NCBI RefSeq assembly: GCF_000143415.4
Contig: NW_003314352.1
Span: 240,278 to 304,277 of the forward strand
Origin: Selaginella moellendorffii
Taxonomy: Eukaryota > Plantae > Lycopodiophyta
Reading direction: 5' to 3'
Length of the DNA stretch: 64,000 nucleotides
In this document: piece after piece, positions 24,501 through 35,664 of the stretch
Numbering within the stretch: the first letter of the stretch is position 1
How the letters are laid out: each line of letters starts with the position of its first letter
Translations under genes and position numbers: made by a program
Notes under the pieces: generated by a model
Databases searched by the model: none
What the model was told of the DNA's origin: nothing
Seen by the model: the letters and a program-made list of their open reading frames with translations, nothing else

Positions 24501-25193
24501 TCTACCCCTTATCATCCTCGAGCCAACGGGCAGGTGGAGAGAACCAACAAGACTCTGTGTGAGATCATGGCCAAGATCACCAATGCCAACCGAACCGATT
24601 GGGATAAGCGGTTGCTCGACGCTCTTTGGGCTTATCGTGTTGCCTATAAGGTAACTACTCATGCTTCACCTTTTCAATTGGTCTACGGACAAGAAGCGGT
24701 GTTGCCATTGGAGCTTGAGATTCCTTCCATGCGGATGGCGGTGGAACACACAATGGATTGGGATGGAGCTCTTCAAGCTAGGTTGGAGCAGCTTGATAAG
24801 TTGGACGAGCGACGTCAACTTGCTTTCCAAACTCGGGAAGCTATCCAGAAAAGAAGGAAGGCATGGTATGACCGATTCCTTCGTCTCAAGCTCTTCAACG
24901 AGGGTGACCTAGTACTTCTCTACGAGAGTAAGTATTGGAAGCGACCTGGCAAACTTCGAGTTCGCTGGATTGGACCATATCGAGTGGAAGCTGTGTTTCC
25001 AAACGGCTCGGTGCAACTCAAGGATATGGAAGGAACTTCTCTTTCTACTCGCGTGAACGGGTCTCGCCTACGGAAGTACTACCCGCCGGAGACATTTTAT
25101 CCATCTCAAGGGAGTGAGGAGGAGAGTGCTCCGGGACGTAGCACTATTGGAGGGGGGGTGATGTCGCACCCCAAAAATGGCCTAAATACTTAG
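18579..25193 (+). CDS. Gag-Pol polyprotein of C (4 zinc knuckles, 2-3 protease domains, RT, RNase H, integrase); 5'-incomplete and spans a gap
   Basis: No stops in the sequenced parts. LDGGSG, VDPGA, VMPFGLCNAPATFQR, IFLDDF, HVDASAYAIGAVL, WGIDFMGP, HPRANGQVE, WIGPY. Confidence 0.9.
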   Translation: MRYFVGGLPLPLKIHVKCQSPADLNTAIAFAGNWEQAHLGVNRQMMSSGSSSANPMANMATTNPAMYSTSGLHGGVAPAGMGTMDYTKMAYSTVPGQVPSPMMQQQMPYGIYQQSPVPDVKAEVQAEVKKAQESLVETLTQKMSDLQLNWIKGVQSPGRQQKTRDNIWCVRCRSYGHYPNECPQDAIPRCKHCKRANHRSEDCHYKPGNQVQAAYIHATPGGMPQQQQLHMLPQPYSPPVTYAPVYTGEMVPVYAAGVTGGGRGRAPPRRGPVTCYNCGEVGHISPNCPHPRKQIGYQPICGICQTQGLHEQANCPHKLQKTRAKNVVDSQAVFVQPISWNEHYTANAQAYAIDPTGQMLQPSVFNAQQTAEGRYAADVXXXXXXXXXXXXXXXXXXXXXXXXXXXXXXXXXXXXXXXXXXXXXXXXXXXXXXXXXXXXXXXXXXXXXXXXXXXXXXXXXXXXXXXXXXXXXXXXXXXXXXXXXXXXXXXXXXXXXXXXXXXXXXXXXXXXXXXXXSTPPAHAKNSELLRNPNFGIRDVLAEQRRGAEVKAAADAGSSAKPLEGSATALGGTALKSAIGSQTGHLQQATGERRMECGKASAEEGVRDPEAGLSRKKGRRYKRVPNLQPPPYDVLADLKNQKPSISFAQLLALAPGLRKAISTAMQAHKEAVVNSAWPVIADMSSPCVDVEIQGELIRGCTLDGGSGVNIMPLETWRRFELPTPVPVHFAVRMADQRRVQPVGLVSGVKTWIAGVNFFIDFVVLKMKEGAGLNYPLLLGRPWLLQASAEHNWGTGVLTIGDGNFRIPIQVHVRPGYKREKPVAVEPEDGDSDTTSESTEEDVFQEEVSEEEMPGVELQQLVAEENVSENGADEELQLVIPDHHSTVSSQDLLQRLGASSQVPFLMIQAEILPFPPNVRGDPALDASLFTMGYVKGLDCLTLVDPGALQSFITIDFAVAARLRITITEQDQVAVCADGDVFPIYGKVEDVFLFLGNQRFIVNLLVIKRPGDIAVVLGSDWLRTTNAEMNYLHETVVTTDEFGQRGRLYLFRRGELDPPCYMLQVITLPSAQVVDVCLVDVGTLRAQVLHEVQTCFMTAAVAEEYDVQEFGFPGLMLEILPGVYHQVRGFIPTVALIVGEFLVTTRFLVLQLDKLEEAEEHLFLGQELLQKVEDLVEDVPLVVECNAVEVSRLQSVEYDPELDNFPARFFHSREAELKIREVPAGIEVNSSPSEPDFLTSPLCVPLLVEFNGNSERRELQVGAQLSPDARELFHQLFLEFRDILAWSYDELKGVDSEIAQHRIRLVDGAIPRRQRAYRLNPRYAKVVKEDIDKLQAAGFIEEVEGSEWVSPIVVVPKKNGKLRVCVDYRKLNEATVKDAFPLPFTDNVLDTVAGHDLYSFLDGFSGYNQVTIFPGDQEKTTFITEWGCFIYRVMPFGLCNAPATFQRVMTAAFRQMLHDFLEIFLDDFSVFSDVSTHLNKLRLCFEQCRKYGISLNPLKCTFGVTHGILLGRVVSSRGLSIDPAKIRVIQELEAPVNMKDIQAFLGHVGYHRRFINKFSEKALPLTNLLKKGVEFRWSSKCQQAFEELKECLVKAPILVPPNWDKPFHVHVDASAYAIGAVLCQPEGGMDHPVFYTSRQLSLAERNYSATDREGLGMVFAVQKFRHYLLGQKLIFYVDHQALKYLILKPCRTGRISRWLLLLQEFDFEVVLRPGKAHVMADHLSRVRAQPSMEDIPDDLGDAALFGVAAFAVEAIPDWYFGIATYLSSGDFPDNLRGPERKRLVLQARAYTLIAGQLYKVGRDNILRRCILPHEVETIVASCHDSPYAGHFGAAATARLVLQAGYWWPTIYRDTARYVRSCDPCQRSGRPTRRDLMPLTPIIPVLPFEKWGIDFMGPLPTTRHTYCRYILVCTDYVTKWAEAKALKEDTGARVAEFLYENIITRFGCPLELVSDRGTHFLNEVIEELVRKYAISHRKSTPYHPRANGQVERTNKTLCEIMAKITNANRTDWDKRLLDALWAYRVAYKVTTHASPFQLVYGQEAVLPLELEIPSMRMAVEHTMDWDGALQARLEQLDKLDERRQLAFQTREAIQKRRKAWYDRFLRLKLFNEGDLVLLYESKYWKRPGKLRVRWIGPYRVEAVFPNGSVQLKDMEGTSLSTRVNGSRLRKYYPPETFYPSQGSEEESAPGRSTIGGGVMSHPKNGLNT

Positions 25194-25590
25194 CTTGGGC
25201 TAAGGTTGAGCCTAAGTGGTGAGTTTGGGCTTAAGGTTAGTACTAATCCTTGGGTTAGGGCTAAACCTTGGGTTTAGACCATCCTTAGGTGGCACCCCTT
25301 CGATACTTCATCAATCTCCACCAAGGGTCACTGAGTCTCCGCCACCTCAGTGATCCATAAGTCACATCCCTTACTTTGTTGTCACAAGGTTCCAAGGGAT
25401 GCCTCCTTTGGACACATCACTGATCCTCAACTCAAGGGTCGCAACCCTTCCTTGTGTTTATATACTCACATCCATTCAATGCAAACCATCCTACCTTTTG
25501 GCAAAGCAGTGTGTGCTACTTTCCAAGTGGAAAGATCCTTGGATTCTTGACTAGTAGTGTTGGGGCTTGGGGTTTTCCTTTCGAGCTTCA
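25162..25590 (+). repeat. 3' LTR of C
   Basis: tgtcgcacc...gagcttca, between the PPT and the TSD. Confidence 0.8.
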
Positions 25591-26540
25591 TCCACCCTTT
25601 GTTTCCAATCACCTTGCTTATTCCTAGAATTCCTATTCTTATCCGAGTTACCAGCATAAGGTTGTTGATATTGTTCCACGAGCGAGTGACTAAAGGCAAC
25701 TTGCTGCGCTGCCTCCTTACACTCCAGGTATGTCTTCGGCTTAAACTTCAAGATCTCATTACGAGAAAGTGAACTTAAACCCTCCAAGAAATAACTCCGA
25801 GCATCTTCGTCACTCATATTTGCAATCATAATGCGCTTCTGAGCAAACGCATTAACGTAATGCATAAGGTCCCCTCGCTGCTTTACCCGCCGCAGCTCTG
25901 CGCGAAGTCTCAGACCAAGATCATCCGGCAAGTATCCCTTACGGATACGAGACCGCATCTTGGTCCAACTTCTAGTCTGCCCTTTTCCAACACACACCTG
26001 GCGCCACCAAGTTTTGGCATGATCGGTGAGAAAGGATTGCGTGCACGCAACTTTCGTACGATCATCTACGTCTGCTGCTATGAAATAGTTTTCCATATCG
26101 TAGACCCAGTCTTCCAAAACTTGATAGTCCTGCATGCCTCTGAAATTGGGTGGTTTTGGAGGCTTGAACTTTGAAACTCGTGCAACCGGGGGCGGCTGCA
26201 GAACTTTATCGTCCTCAGAACTAGAGGAGCAGTCCGGTTGCTTAGGCTTGGCTGGTTTAGCTGCCTCAGCTTTTTTCTTCCTCTTCTTGTTCTCCTTCTT
26301 CAATTTGCGAATCTCCTTTCGCAAATTCTCGATCTCGACTTCATGAGCCGTGCGCTGCAGTGCTGCAGCATTTGGGTCATCCTCTTCCGACTCGGCCTCA
26401 GCCCCTTCCGCAGCATCTCTAGTAGGAGTTTCCTCCTCTCGATTCGCCCGTCTAGAGGTTTCAGCGTCATCAGCACGGTTCCTCTTCACCATCCTGCTAG
26501 CTGCATGCATGCCTCTATCAATAACTAAACATGCGTACAA
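25591..26540 (-). CDS. B gag N-terminal part (interrupted by C)
   Basis: Open homologue of A gag (KPPKPPNFRG, LEDWVYDMENYF). Confidence 0.85.
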
Positions 26541-26683
26541 CGTTCTTACCGAATGGTGCTATCCAACTAATCCTACATAGGTCGCTTTGGATCTACTAAA
26601 AAAGTCTCTGCGTATGCAACTTGAGTCAGAAAATCCGACAAAAGTTGGATAGAAATCGCTAAGACAATTTCTCTGATACCAAA

Positions 26684-27351
26684 CGTAGCGCACCTGAATT
26701 TGGAGCCGAACTCCAAGCCCGTTGCGCTACGAAACGAGGGTCCGGTACAATCCCACGAGCACCAGCCCCCCCCCTTGAGGGACACACGCTTTGGGCTTTC
26801 ACCCCAAGCCTCCCTTAGTACCAGGAGTTAGTCTCTGGGACAAGTCCGAAACTTACTAAATATGAAATGGCTTTAGATTGCGAATTTGGACACGGGACGA
26901 ACACCATTGTGTACAGGCCGATCTCTACATTTTGTAGATATGCCAAATGAGCGAATCTAGACACTTTCCATAAATAGTATATGGGACCAAAATGAGACCA
27001 ACACTAAGGGCATGATAGCAAGGGTGTTTGGCAGACACGGTAAGCTATCATCAATCGAATATTGAGGGACTAGTCTCAATATTACGGGGGTTCTCAACAC
27101 TAGCAAGTGCAAGTTAGTGAATGAGTTTCTCTAACCAGGTCAAGTATGCTTGACAAATAGCATGTAGGAATTCCGTCCTTATGCTCATCTGGTCAAGTGC
27201 ACATGCGATGACCAGTTTCTCAACTAGCTTGAGTGGAGACCATAAAAGGGACCAGCAGTACCGACCTCCTGCCATCATGGCAGTAAGGAAAGAGTGCCCG
27301 TAAGGACTGGCTAACAAGTATCTTTCGATACCCGAAGTCACATTCGCGACA
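26684..27351 (-). repeat. 5' LTR of B
   Basis: Matches 14397-15069; adjacent to the PBS. Confidence 0.92.
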
Positions 27352-30025
27352 TCCTTTTTGTTATGAAAAAGGATGGAACTATGAGGATGTATATTGACTA
27401 TCGAGCACTCAACAAGATCATAGTCAAAAACAGTTATCCTTTGCCTCGCATTGATGACTTGTTTGACCAACTCTTAAAGGCTAAGTATTTTATGCGACTT
27501 GATTTGCGGTCCGGGTATCATCAAATATGGGTGGCAGATCAGGATGTGGAGAAGACAACCTTTAAGACTTGGTACAGATCTTATGAGTTCCTTGTCATGC
27601 CATTCGGGTTATGCAATGCTTCAGCAACGTTCAGCACTATGATAGATAGAATATTTGGAGATTATTTGGATGCATTTGTTGTCCTGTATATCGACGATGT
27701 TCTAGTCTTTAGTGAAATGTTGGAGGATCATTTGAAACACTTAGAGCTGGTGTTTCAGAAGTTGCACGAGCACAAACTGTGTGCTAAGGAAAGAAAATGT
27801 GCTTTTAGTCAATTGCTCGTAAACTTTCTTGGACATATAGTTGGTGGTGGCGTGATTGAAGTCGATCCAAAGAAGGTGGAAGCAGTGAAGTCTTGAGAAG
27901 TCCCGACCACTGTATCAAATGTTTGTTCCTTTCTTAGTTTGGCGGGATACTATCGCAAGTTTGTCCGCAATTTTGCAAGAATTGCTCTTCCGTTGACTGG
28001 GTTGACGAAGAGTAGTATTCTGTTTCATTGGACACCAACTTGCCAGCGTGCTTTTGTATGATTGAAGGAGATTTTGACTATGGTTCCTGTTCTTAGGATC
28101 CCAGATCTTGATAAACCCTTCGAAGTGCATTGTGATGTATCTGGCTATGCTATCGATACCGTGTTGCAGCAAGATTGTGACAAAGTGGTTGGTGTTACGC
28201 TAAGGCGACATGGTTGTCCCATTGTGTTCTATTCCAAAAAATTGGATGAGACCCAACGAAGATGGCCAATGCATGAGAAAGAGATGTTTGCTATAGTGTC
28301 GGCCCTAGAACACTGGAGACACTACTTGGGTGGACACACCAAGGTTTATACAGATAGTAACACACTGAGCTACTTTGCTATGCAGCCTAAGCTTATGCTG
28401 AAGTAGGCTCGTTGGCAAGAGAAGCTTGCTACATATGATATTGAAATCATATATAAACTTGGTAAAGACAATATTGTTCCGGATGCGTTGAGTCATCAGG
28501 CACAATTCCGGGCAATATCGGCAATCAGTTTGGACTGGTTAGAGGACATTCGGGCTTCGTATGGAAGTGATCCATTGGCGAAGGCAATCTTATGCCATGC
28601 GGAGTTGTTGAAGTAGAGCCCTGGTAGCGAAGCAGCAAAAGTTGTTAGTTGCACTAATGCAAAGCTTCACTTCTCAGTTCGGGATGGGCTTATATTCTAT
28701 AAGCAAGAAAGATTGTATCTTCCCTCTAAGGATTTTTAGCAGTTATTTCTGCCAGAACATCATGATGTTCCAGCAGCGGGACATGGTGGACAATGAAAGA
28801 CTCTAGCTTCATTGAAAAAGGGATTTTTCTGGTTTGATATGGAAGGTGATGTAGCGGACTATGTCTATTCCTGCCCTATATGCCAGCAATGTAAGCATAG
28901 AGCTGAGAAGCAGGCTGTAAAGTTGCAGTGCATTCCAACACCGGCATGACCATTTCAAAGTGTGACACTTGATTTCGTCACTTGCTTGCCAAAGTCTAAG
29001 GGTTATGATACTTTGATGGTGGTTGTGGATCAGTTGTCGAAGATTGCACACTTCATTCCAATTGTGGGAACAGTGAATGTGAAACAAGCAACAAAACTCT
29101 TTTTCCATGAAGTAGTGCGGGTTCGTGGTCTTCCTGAAGAGATGATCTTGGATAAGGATTCAAGGTTTACGGGAAATTTTTGGGCATGTTGTTCCAGTTG
29201 TTTGGTACCAAGTTAAAATTTAGTATGGCTTATCATCCTCAGACTGATAGGCAGACTGAATGTGTGAATGCTCAAGTTGAGGATTATCTGTGGTACTATG
29301 TCACGGTGGACCAACGCGATTGGGTTGAGCATTTGGATACAGCAGAAATATGTTATAACAACACATTTCACAGCGCTATAGGCTGTTCTCCATGGGAGAT
29401 GCTGCAAGGGAATGCTCGTGGGGTTCCTCAACAGATTGTTGTACTGAAACCTATGTCCGAAATATTGGTCCCGGCTGTTGAGACTTATGCGGAGCAGCTA
29501 CACCAAGGTTGGTCTAGGGCTACTGAGGCGATGGGCAAAGCTTAGGATAGGTATCGACATGATAAGGATCAACATCGTTGGGATGTATCCTATCAAGTGG
29601 GAGATCAGGTGTGGCTATCTTCCCAGAACTTAAACATTAAGGGATGTTTATCTCGGAAGTTATTGCCAAGATATATTGGACCCTATCGAGTGGTGAAGCG
29701 AGTTAGTGATGTATCCTATAAGTTGGATCTTCTGGATGAGTTGTCCAATGTACATGATGTGTTTCATGTCAATTTACTGGCACCATATCATGTTGCTGCG
29801 GATCGCTCTGTGAATATTCGTTCCCCTCCGGAAGTTGTGAATGGTGACATAGAGTATGAGGTCGAAGTGATTCTCTTGTCTAGCAAAGCTCATGGTGGTC
29901 ATTCCAAAGAATATCTAGTTAAGTGGAAAGGTTACCCAACTTGTGAATCAACTTGGGAACCTCTTAGGAATCTTACACATGCTCGTGAGTTTGTCACGGA
30001 GTATGAGAATAGTAATAAAGACTAG
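27352..30025 (+). pseudogene. A RT, RNase H, integrase and chromodomain
   Basis: YPLPRIDDLFD, LDLRSGYHQI, LYIDDVLVFS, VHCDVSG, TLDFVT, EYLVKWKGY; many stops. Confidence 0.93.
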
Positions 30026-30635
30026 TTTTTGTAAAAACCTTGTAATAAATCTTGCAAATCAATAAAGTAATATATTTCTATCAATCAAAGTGTCATTTCT
30101 TTCATTCGTTCGTACTTGGGTCAGTTTTGGTAGGTTGACTTCAGCACTTTGGTGCATGGGTCCAATCCATAACCATGGGGATAACTATTATAAATTGATC
30201 ACAAGTCTCTACCTCTCTCTCGATGACTCATTTTTGAAAAGGGGTGTGGTCGTGTAAACAACTTAATCTACCAGTTTATAGTAGTTTTCTAAATCTTCTC
30301 GACGGGGTTGATTTCTTGCTCAGGGGACATTGGGCCTCTGGCCTTCTCCCTATGTCCCTGTGGGCAGGGATGTATCATTCCTTTGTAAGCCGAGTGGTAC
30401 TCCTAGCAGCAAGGGTGGCTAACTCTATTAGTCATTTCCTTGTCGGTGACGGCCGGAGGGTGTTTGAGTCTTAACGTATTTGGACGTAGAGGAGAGGTCA
30501 TTCCACAACTCATTTAAGTCGGTGTGTTTCCCACATAGTGTGCTTTCCATTAACTTTCGGAGTTGTTTCTTTGACGGTTTGCTAGACTTGGGTATACATC
30601 GATGAGGATGTCGATCTTCCCTAAGAGGGGGAGAG

Positions 30636-31549
30636 TGTCGCAAATATGACTTCGGGTATCAGAAGATACTTGTCGGCCAGTCCTTACGGACACTTTTTCC
30701 TTACTGCCATGACGGCAGAAGGTCGGTACAGTTGGTTCCCTTTATTATTTCCACTTGAGCTAGTTGAGAAACTAGTCAATGACTGTGTACTTAAATCGGA
30801 TAAACATAAGGTAGGAACCCTATGTGTTTCTTACTAAGCATACTCGGCCTGGTTTGAGAAACTTCTGTCATTGGCTTGCACTTGCTAGTATCAAGAACCC
30901 CCGCGTATTAAGACTAATCCCTCAATATTGCTGAATGATAGCTTATCGTGTTTGCCAAACACCCTCATTATCATGCCTTAGTGTTAGTCTTATTTCAGTC
31001 CCAAATACTAATTATGGAAAGTGTCTAGATTTGCTCATTTGGCATATCTACGGAGTATAGAGATTGGCTTGAACACAATGGTGTTTGTCCCATATCCAAA
31101 TTCGCAATCTAGCACCATTTTATATTTAGTAAGTTTCGAGCTTGTCTCAGAGACTAACTCCTGATACTAAGGGAGGCTTGGGGTGAAAGCCCAAAGCATG
31201 TGTTCCTCAAGGGGGGGGGGGCTGTGGGGGGTTCCAAATGTATAGTAGGGATAGTGGTTGGAATGCATGTCCGACTACTTGAAACATTAGTTTGACTCCC
31301 GCTGGGCTGTGTCACTCCTTGTTTTGTATCTGGCTTGGGTCTAAGCCCAAGCTCCACGCCGCTTTAGTCAGTGGAGTACCCTCCTCCTCACATTAAGCCA
31401 CCGGTATGCCAAAATTGTGCCCGTTTCTGTCTGACACCATTTTGCGTGTAGGTGCTGGATACGGGGAGTTGGTGCTCGTGGGATTGTACTGCACCCTTGT
31501 TCGTAGTGTAACGGGCTTGGAGTTCGGCTCCAAATTTAGGTGCGCTACA
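30636..31549 (+). repeat. 3' LTR of A (long form)
   Basis: Follows PPT aagagggggagag; ends tgcgctaca before the TSD. Confidence 0.9.
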
Positions 31550-32870
31550 CTCGACTACCATTTCAAGGACTTGTGTCCTCTTCCGTATTTGACCTCCCGT
31601 GGTCATTATTTCTGGTCTCACATTCATGAGCACCAACCTCAACTATATGAGGATAATCTTGTGACTCCTTTATTGCTTTGGAGTCTCTATCTTTCCCGTG
31701 ATCCTAACTATAGTTGTTTATCACAATTACATTAGCCAGTTTGCTAAGTCAAAGGCTTATCTGAATCACATCCTTAACTCTCTAAGGAAACCTTTATATT
31801 GTTCCCAAGATCCCAAAGTCATTCCCTTACTAGCCCTTTTCTATCCAAGTTGTAAGCGACTAAATTTTCCATTCTACTTTAGTCACTTAACCACACCTCC
31901 AACCACTTGGAGGAGTCTCACTCACAACCTCTATAAGTCCTATTTTGGACTTAGGGACTTGCTAGCCCTAAGAATGGCATCCATGCCACTCAATCATCGC
32001 ACTTGGTCCAAGTAATCCACGTGTCCAATCCTATGACTGACACCCCAAGGTACTATCGACATATTAGCCCATTACGCTAAGGCCATGCCCATTCACCTTG
32101 GTCACACCAGTGGTCTGACACCACCTACATCACAATCCTGTCTCTCAAAGACTGGGCCATCCGTCCATGAGTGATCATCCCAGATCCACTCCTTAGCATT
32201 CTTAGGATGCCTGCAGATATGGGGAATAGCCTTCCCCAATATCCCTTTTCCGGTCCCCACCAAGTCCTTTTCTGCCCATGGCCGTATTCACTAACATTGC
32301 CACTGGATTGAGGCCTACAGGCCCAACCACTAAGTCCTACGGTCCTCTAGGACTTCTTTACCACACGACTATATCCTTGGTCACTACACTAGAGGACTAT
32401 TCCTCTTCCTTTCCATAGTCTGAGCCTTTGGGATAACATTTCGGAACACTATGACCTTACGCGAGCCTCATGGGTACTCTCCCCACCTTCCACCTTTGGG
32501 TGCTCTAGCCATGGGCTTAGAGTGAGGTTCCATTGAGCCACGCCAGGTATCCAAGTAGGTAGTGCCACCCACACTTGGAGTAGAAGCATCAACCATTCAA
32601 TCTTCTAGGGGAACTAGAGTTGGCTCTTGAACACTTCACCAAGCTACCCCACTTGTCGGTCCATATTCACTTTAATCTTGGACTTCCCAATGGTTAGCTC
32701 ATCACCTAACACTTGGGTACAGCCTTCCTAGGACAAATTGGCCTTTCCTGGCCAAATTGGCTCCACTAGGCTCTAACCCCCACACTCTCCCTACTATACT
32801 TTTGGAACCCCTTGTAGCTCCCCCCCCCCCCCCTGGGGGACAATCGCTTTGGGCTTTCACCCAACAGCCT
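31550..32870 (-). mobile_element. Degraded element D right half; possible short LTR ~32654-32817 next to a PPT-like run
   Basis: C-run at ~32820-32833 (minus-strand PPT). The adjacent sequence resembles 31185-31255. Confidence 0.4.
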
Positions 32871-32884
32871 GTTAGTATTTGAAC

Positions 32885-33256
32885 TTGACCTCGGACTCAA
32901 ACTCAGTCTCAATCCCGGTCTCGGTCTCGGTCTCAGTCTCAGTCTCGATCTCGGTCTCGGTCTCGGTTTTGGACTCGGACTCAGTCTTGGTCTCGAACTC
33001 CATCTCGAGTCCATCTTGGACTCCATTTCAGACTCCATCTCGGGTCCATCTTGGACTCCATCTCGGGTCCATTTTGGACTCCATCTCGGACTCCATCTCG
33101 GGTCCATTTCAGGTCCATCTCGGACTCCATCTTGGACTCAATCTCGGACTCCATCTTGGGTCCATCTCAAACTCCATCTCGGGTCCATCTCGGACTCCAT
33201 CTCGGGTCCATCTTGGACTCCATCTCGGACTCCATCTCGAACTCCATCTTAGGTCC
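32885..33256. repeat. Low-complexity tandem repeats (ctcggt/ctcagt, then ggactccatctc/gggtccatctt 11-12-mers)
   Basis: Directly visible; explains the spurious S/P/R-rich ORFs. Confidence 0.9.
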
Positions 33257-35304
33257 TCCACGTGTCATGTGTTAGCCTTTTTGTGTCTCTTTTCTAGAGA
33301 CTCACTTATTGCTTACTTCGTGCTTGTTCCTCGAGGACTTCATTGGGAGTTCCACTCCTCTCTCGACCTTTCAAGTCAAAACTTTTAGTCTAAACGTGTT
33401 ACGCTAATTTGGTTTTTGCTTCGGTCACTACTACTACATAGCACCCTTTCAGCTCCACTTTGGGGCCTAGGGTTTTGTGTCTCACAGTGGCACTGGACAT
33501 GGCGGTGGTAGGCATGGCATGGGAGTGGAGGAGAGGGAGTGGAGGACTTACTCTTGGCGGCATTCTGTTCGAACTCGATGGATCCCACAGTCACTCCCAA
33601 TCTCCCGCTCTACTTTTTGTAAAACCCTAATGCCGGCAGCCGCCCTAACCCTAACCTAACTTTCATCACAGCCGTTCATCGTGGATGCAGTAAATCTTCA
33701 TTACATTCTGCAAATATTTGCTAGCAATCCGTCCTAGATTTGATCATATGACAAAGTCCTTTTGAGTTGTAATTTAATAATAGAGGTGTGCTCTAATATG
33801 ATTATACCATAATGTGGAAATAATGTCATAGACACATGTGTTGAATTGATCACAGTACAAAATTATAAATGAGAATAACGTGTTTCTTGCAAATCATAGC
33901 ATCTTGTCAGAAAATATAAGATTATTAAATTGTAAAGTGTTATTTCCAAAGCAATGTATATAGATAATTTACTATAGGTGATAGATGGTAGTACAAAGAT
34001 GGAATATAATTAAATGAGTTCAGAAGAATATGATGATTTCTAGCTTTAATAAAGTTTTGAAAATATATACAATATTTAATTTTTTTGGCAATAGTTGGTT
34101 GATGGTAGATCCTAGAATAAAATCATTCCTATCTTTCATATTATGGCACATGCTTGAGGTGATATTTCTTTTTGTTCTACCAAAAGTTAGTCCATATAAT
34201 AAATTTGAGCATGTTTTTGAATTCAATGTATACAAACTTTTAATATTGTACAACATAGTCCTTTATACTTCTTACAGAATTTATTATAACAAAATTATTC
34301 GATGTTAGATCCTTGAATAAAATCACCCTTTTTTTTCACATAATGGCATAGCATATGTTTGAGGTGACATTTCTTTATAAAAGTTTAGAGTTCCAAAACC
34401 TTAAAGCAATAAAATGGAGAGTTTCCTTTTGCATTACCAAGATCACCCATTGCTTTCTTTCTCCCAAAGTCTTATTTCAGAAGGTTTTCTTTGCCAACGT
34501 TTCAATTTTTCTCTCAATTCTATTTCATTAGAGGTTGTGATTCACAACAACATTGGTGTAGTTGAACGATCAAAGTTTCTTCTTTCGGGTGTAGGTGAAG
34601 GTGGACAATATTGGGATTTGCAACATTCCAAGTCAAAGGAGATTATGCTCTATTTCATTAAAGTGGGATTTATTCAGTAAAATGGAACTAGGTACAAATT
34701 TTCAAGTATTTGAAAATGACGTGAAATTATATGTTTTTTGTCCAGGGGCTAGACATATCTGGGGCATGGTGACTAGCGCGGTGACTTTGTGTCCAGACTG
34801 AGTCCATCTAGTTGTATAATAAATGTCATTGTCAAGGTGAACAAGCCGAATCTGAAGCTAAAGAAGAGCGATGGCATGCGTGCACACACTATTTGTTTGT
34901 TCATTGAGCGTGTGGTGAGCTTTCCAAGATGAACGTCATTCCTATTAGCCAGACATATAAGTTAATGGTGAGAACATTTAGATATTATTCAATGTTATCT
35001 TTTTCTAACGAATCTAATTGTGAAGGTGTAGCAAGAGGCATTGCTAGTCTGGAGAAGTCATTTAACTCATTTGACCCTTAGTGTATTTTCATGAAACTAA
35101 ATAACATTCATATTATTAAGGAATTTCTCTAGTACCTTTTTTTTACGACATAGAGGCTTGCATTTCTTTCAAAGGTGATTTAGTAAAAGGCCTGAGGGCA
35201 CATGCCATTCTATTTCTCAGACCGGTATTAAGATATACTAGTGCAAAGGGAAAAAGGTATTTGGTGATCAAGTAAATGGCATGAGGGCACACGCCATTAT
35301 AAGC

Positions 35305-35664
35305 CTAAGCGCTAGTGGACACCTCCTTTTTGGTACTCTCAGCAGTACTATCATCCTTCTCCGGGTCAGTTGTTTTGCTTTGGATTGTTGTCTCTGACGT
35401 TACTGGGGCGTTCTCAATAGTTGTTAATGTTGCCGTTTGTTCAGAAAAATGATCACCTGGAGTATAGTACGGGGAGTTTGGAAGACTTATATATTCTACA
35501 TTTTCACCTATCTCCTTCTCCGTCTCCTTTTCTGCCTCACTTACAGATTTTGTGTTTGCCATGAGAACGCTCTTCACCCTAAAATATGGAGTTCGTTGTG
35601 TTATAAAAGGAAACCAACACACACGCTGCAAGGGAATGATTGTACATAAAGCACGTAAGCCCAC
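35305..35664 (-). CDS. Possible small S/T/E-rich ORF within the transposon (segment absent from copy 1)
   Basis: Open 119-aa frame, low complexity, no recognisable motif. Confidence 0.25.
   Translation of the reverse strand: MGLRALCTIIPLQRVCWFPFITQRTPYFRVKSVLMANTKSVSEAEKETEKEIGENVEYISLPNSPYYTPGDHFSEQTATLTTIENAPVTSETTIQSKTTDPEKDDSTAESTKKEVSTSA

Larger units (their letters stand above)
18402..25590 (+). mobile_element. Non-chromovirus Ty3/gypsy element C, inserted in B gag; 5' LTR not visible (gap)
   Basis: TSD TCCAC at 18397-18401 and 25591-25595. PPT ggaggggggg followed by a TG..CA LTR at 25162-25590. Confidence 0.85.
14397..27351 (-). mobile_element. Chromovirus B, same family as A, inverted, RT/RNase H deleted
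   Basis: LTRs at 14397-15069 and 26684-27351. PBS rc (ctctgatacca) ~26671-26681. PPT rc 15070-15083. Confidence 0.95.
11730..31549 (+). mobile_element. Ty3/gypsy chromovirus A (full length, pseudogenised, interrupted by B and C)
   Basis: TG..CA LTRs at 11730-12123 and 30636-31549. TSD CTCGA at 11725-29 and 31550-54. iMet PBS, PPT, and gag-PR-RT-RH-IN-chromodomain order. Confidence 0.95.

Noticed and set aside
32766-33388. SR/extensin-like ORFs
   Set aside because: Translation of short tandem repeats.
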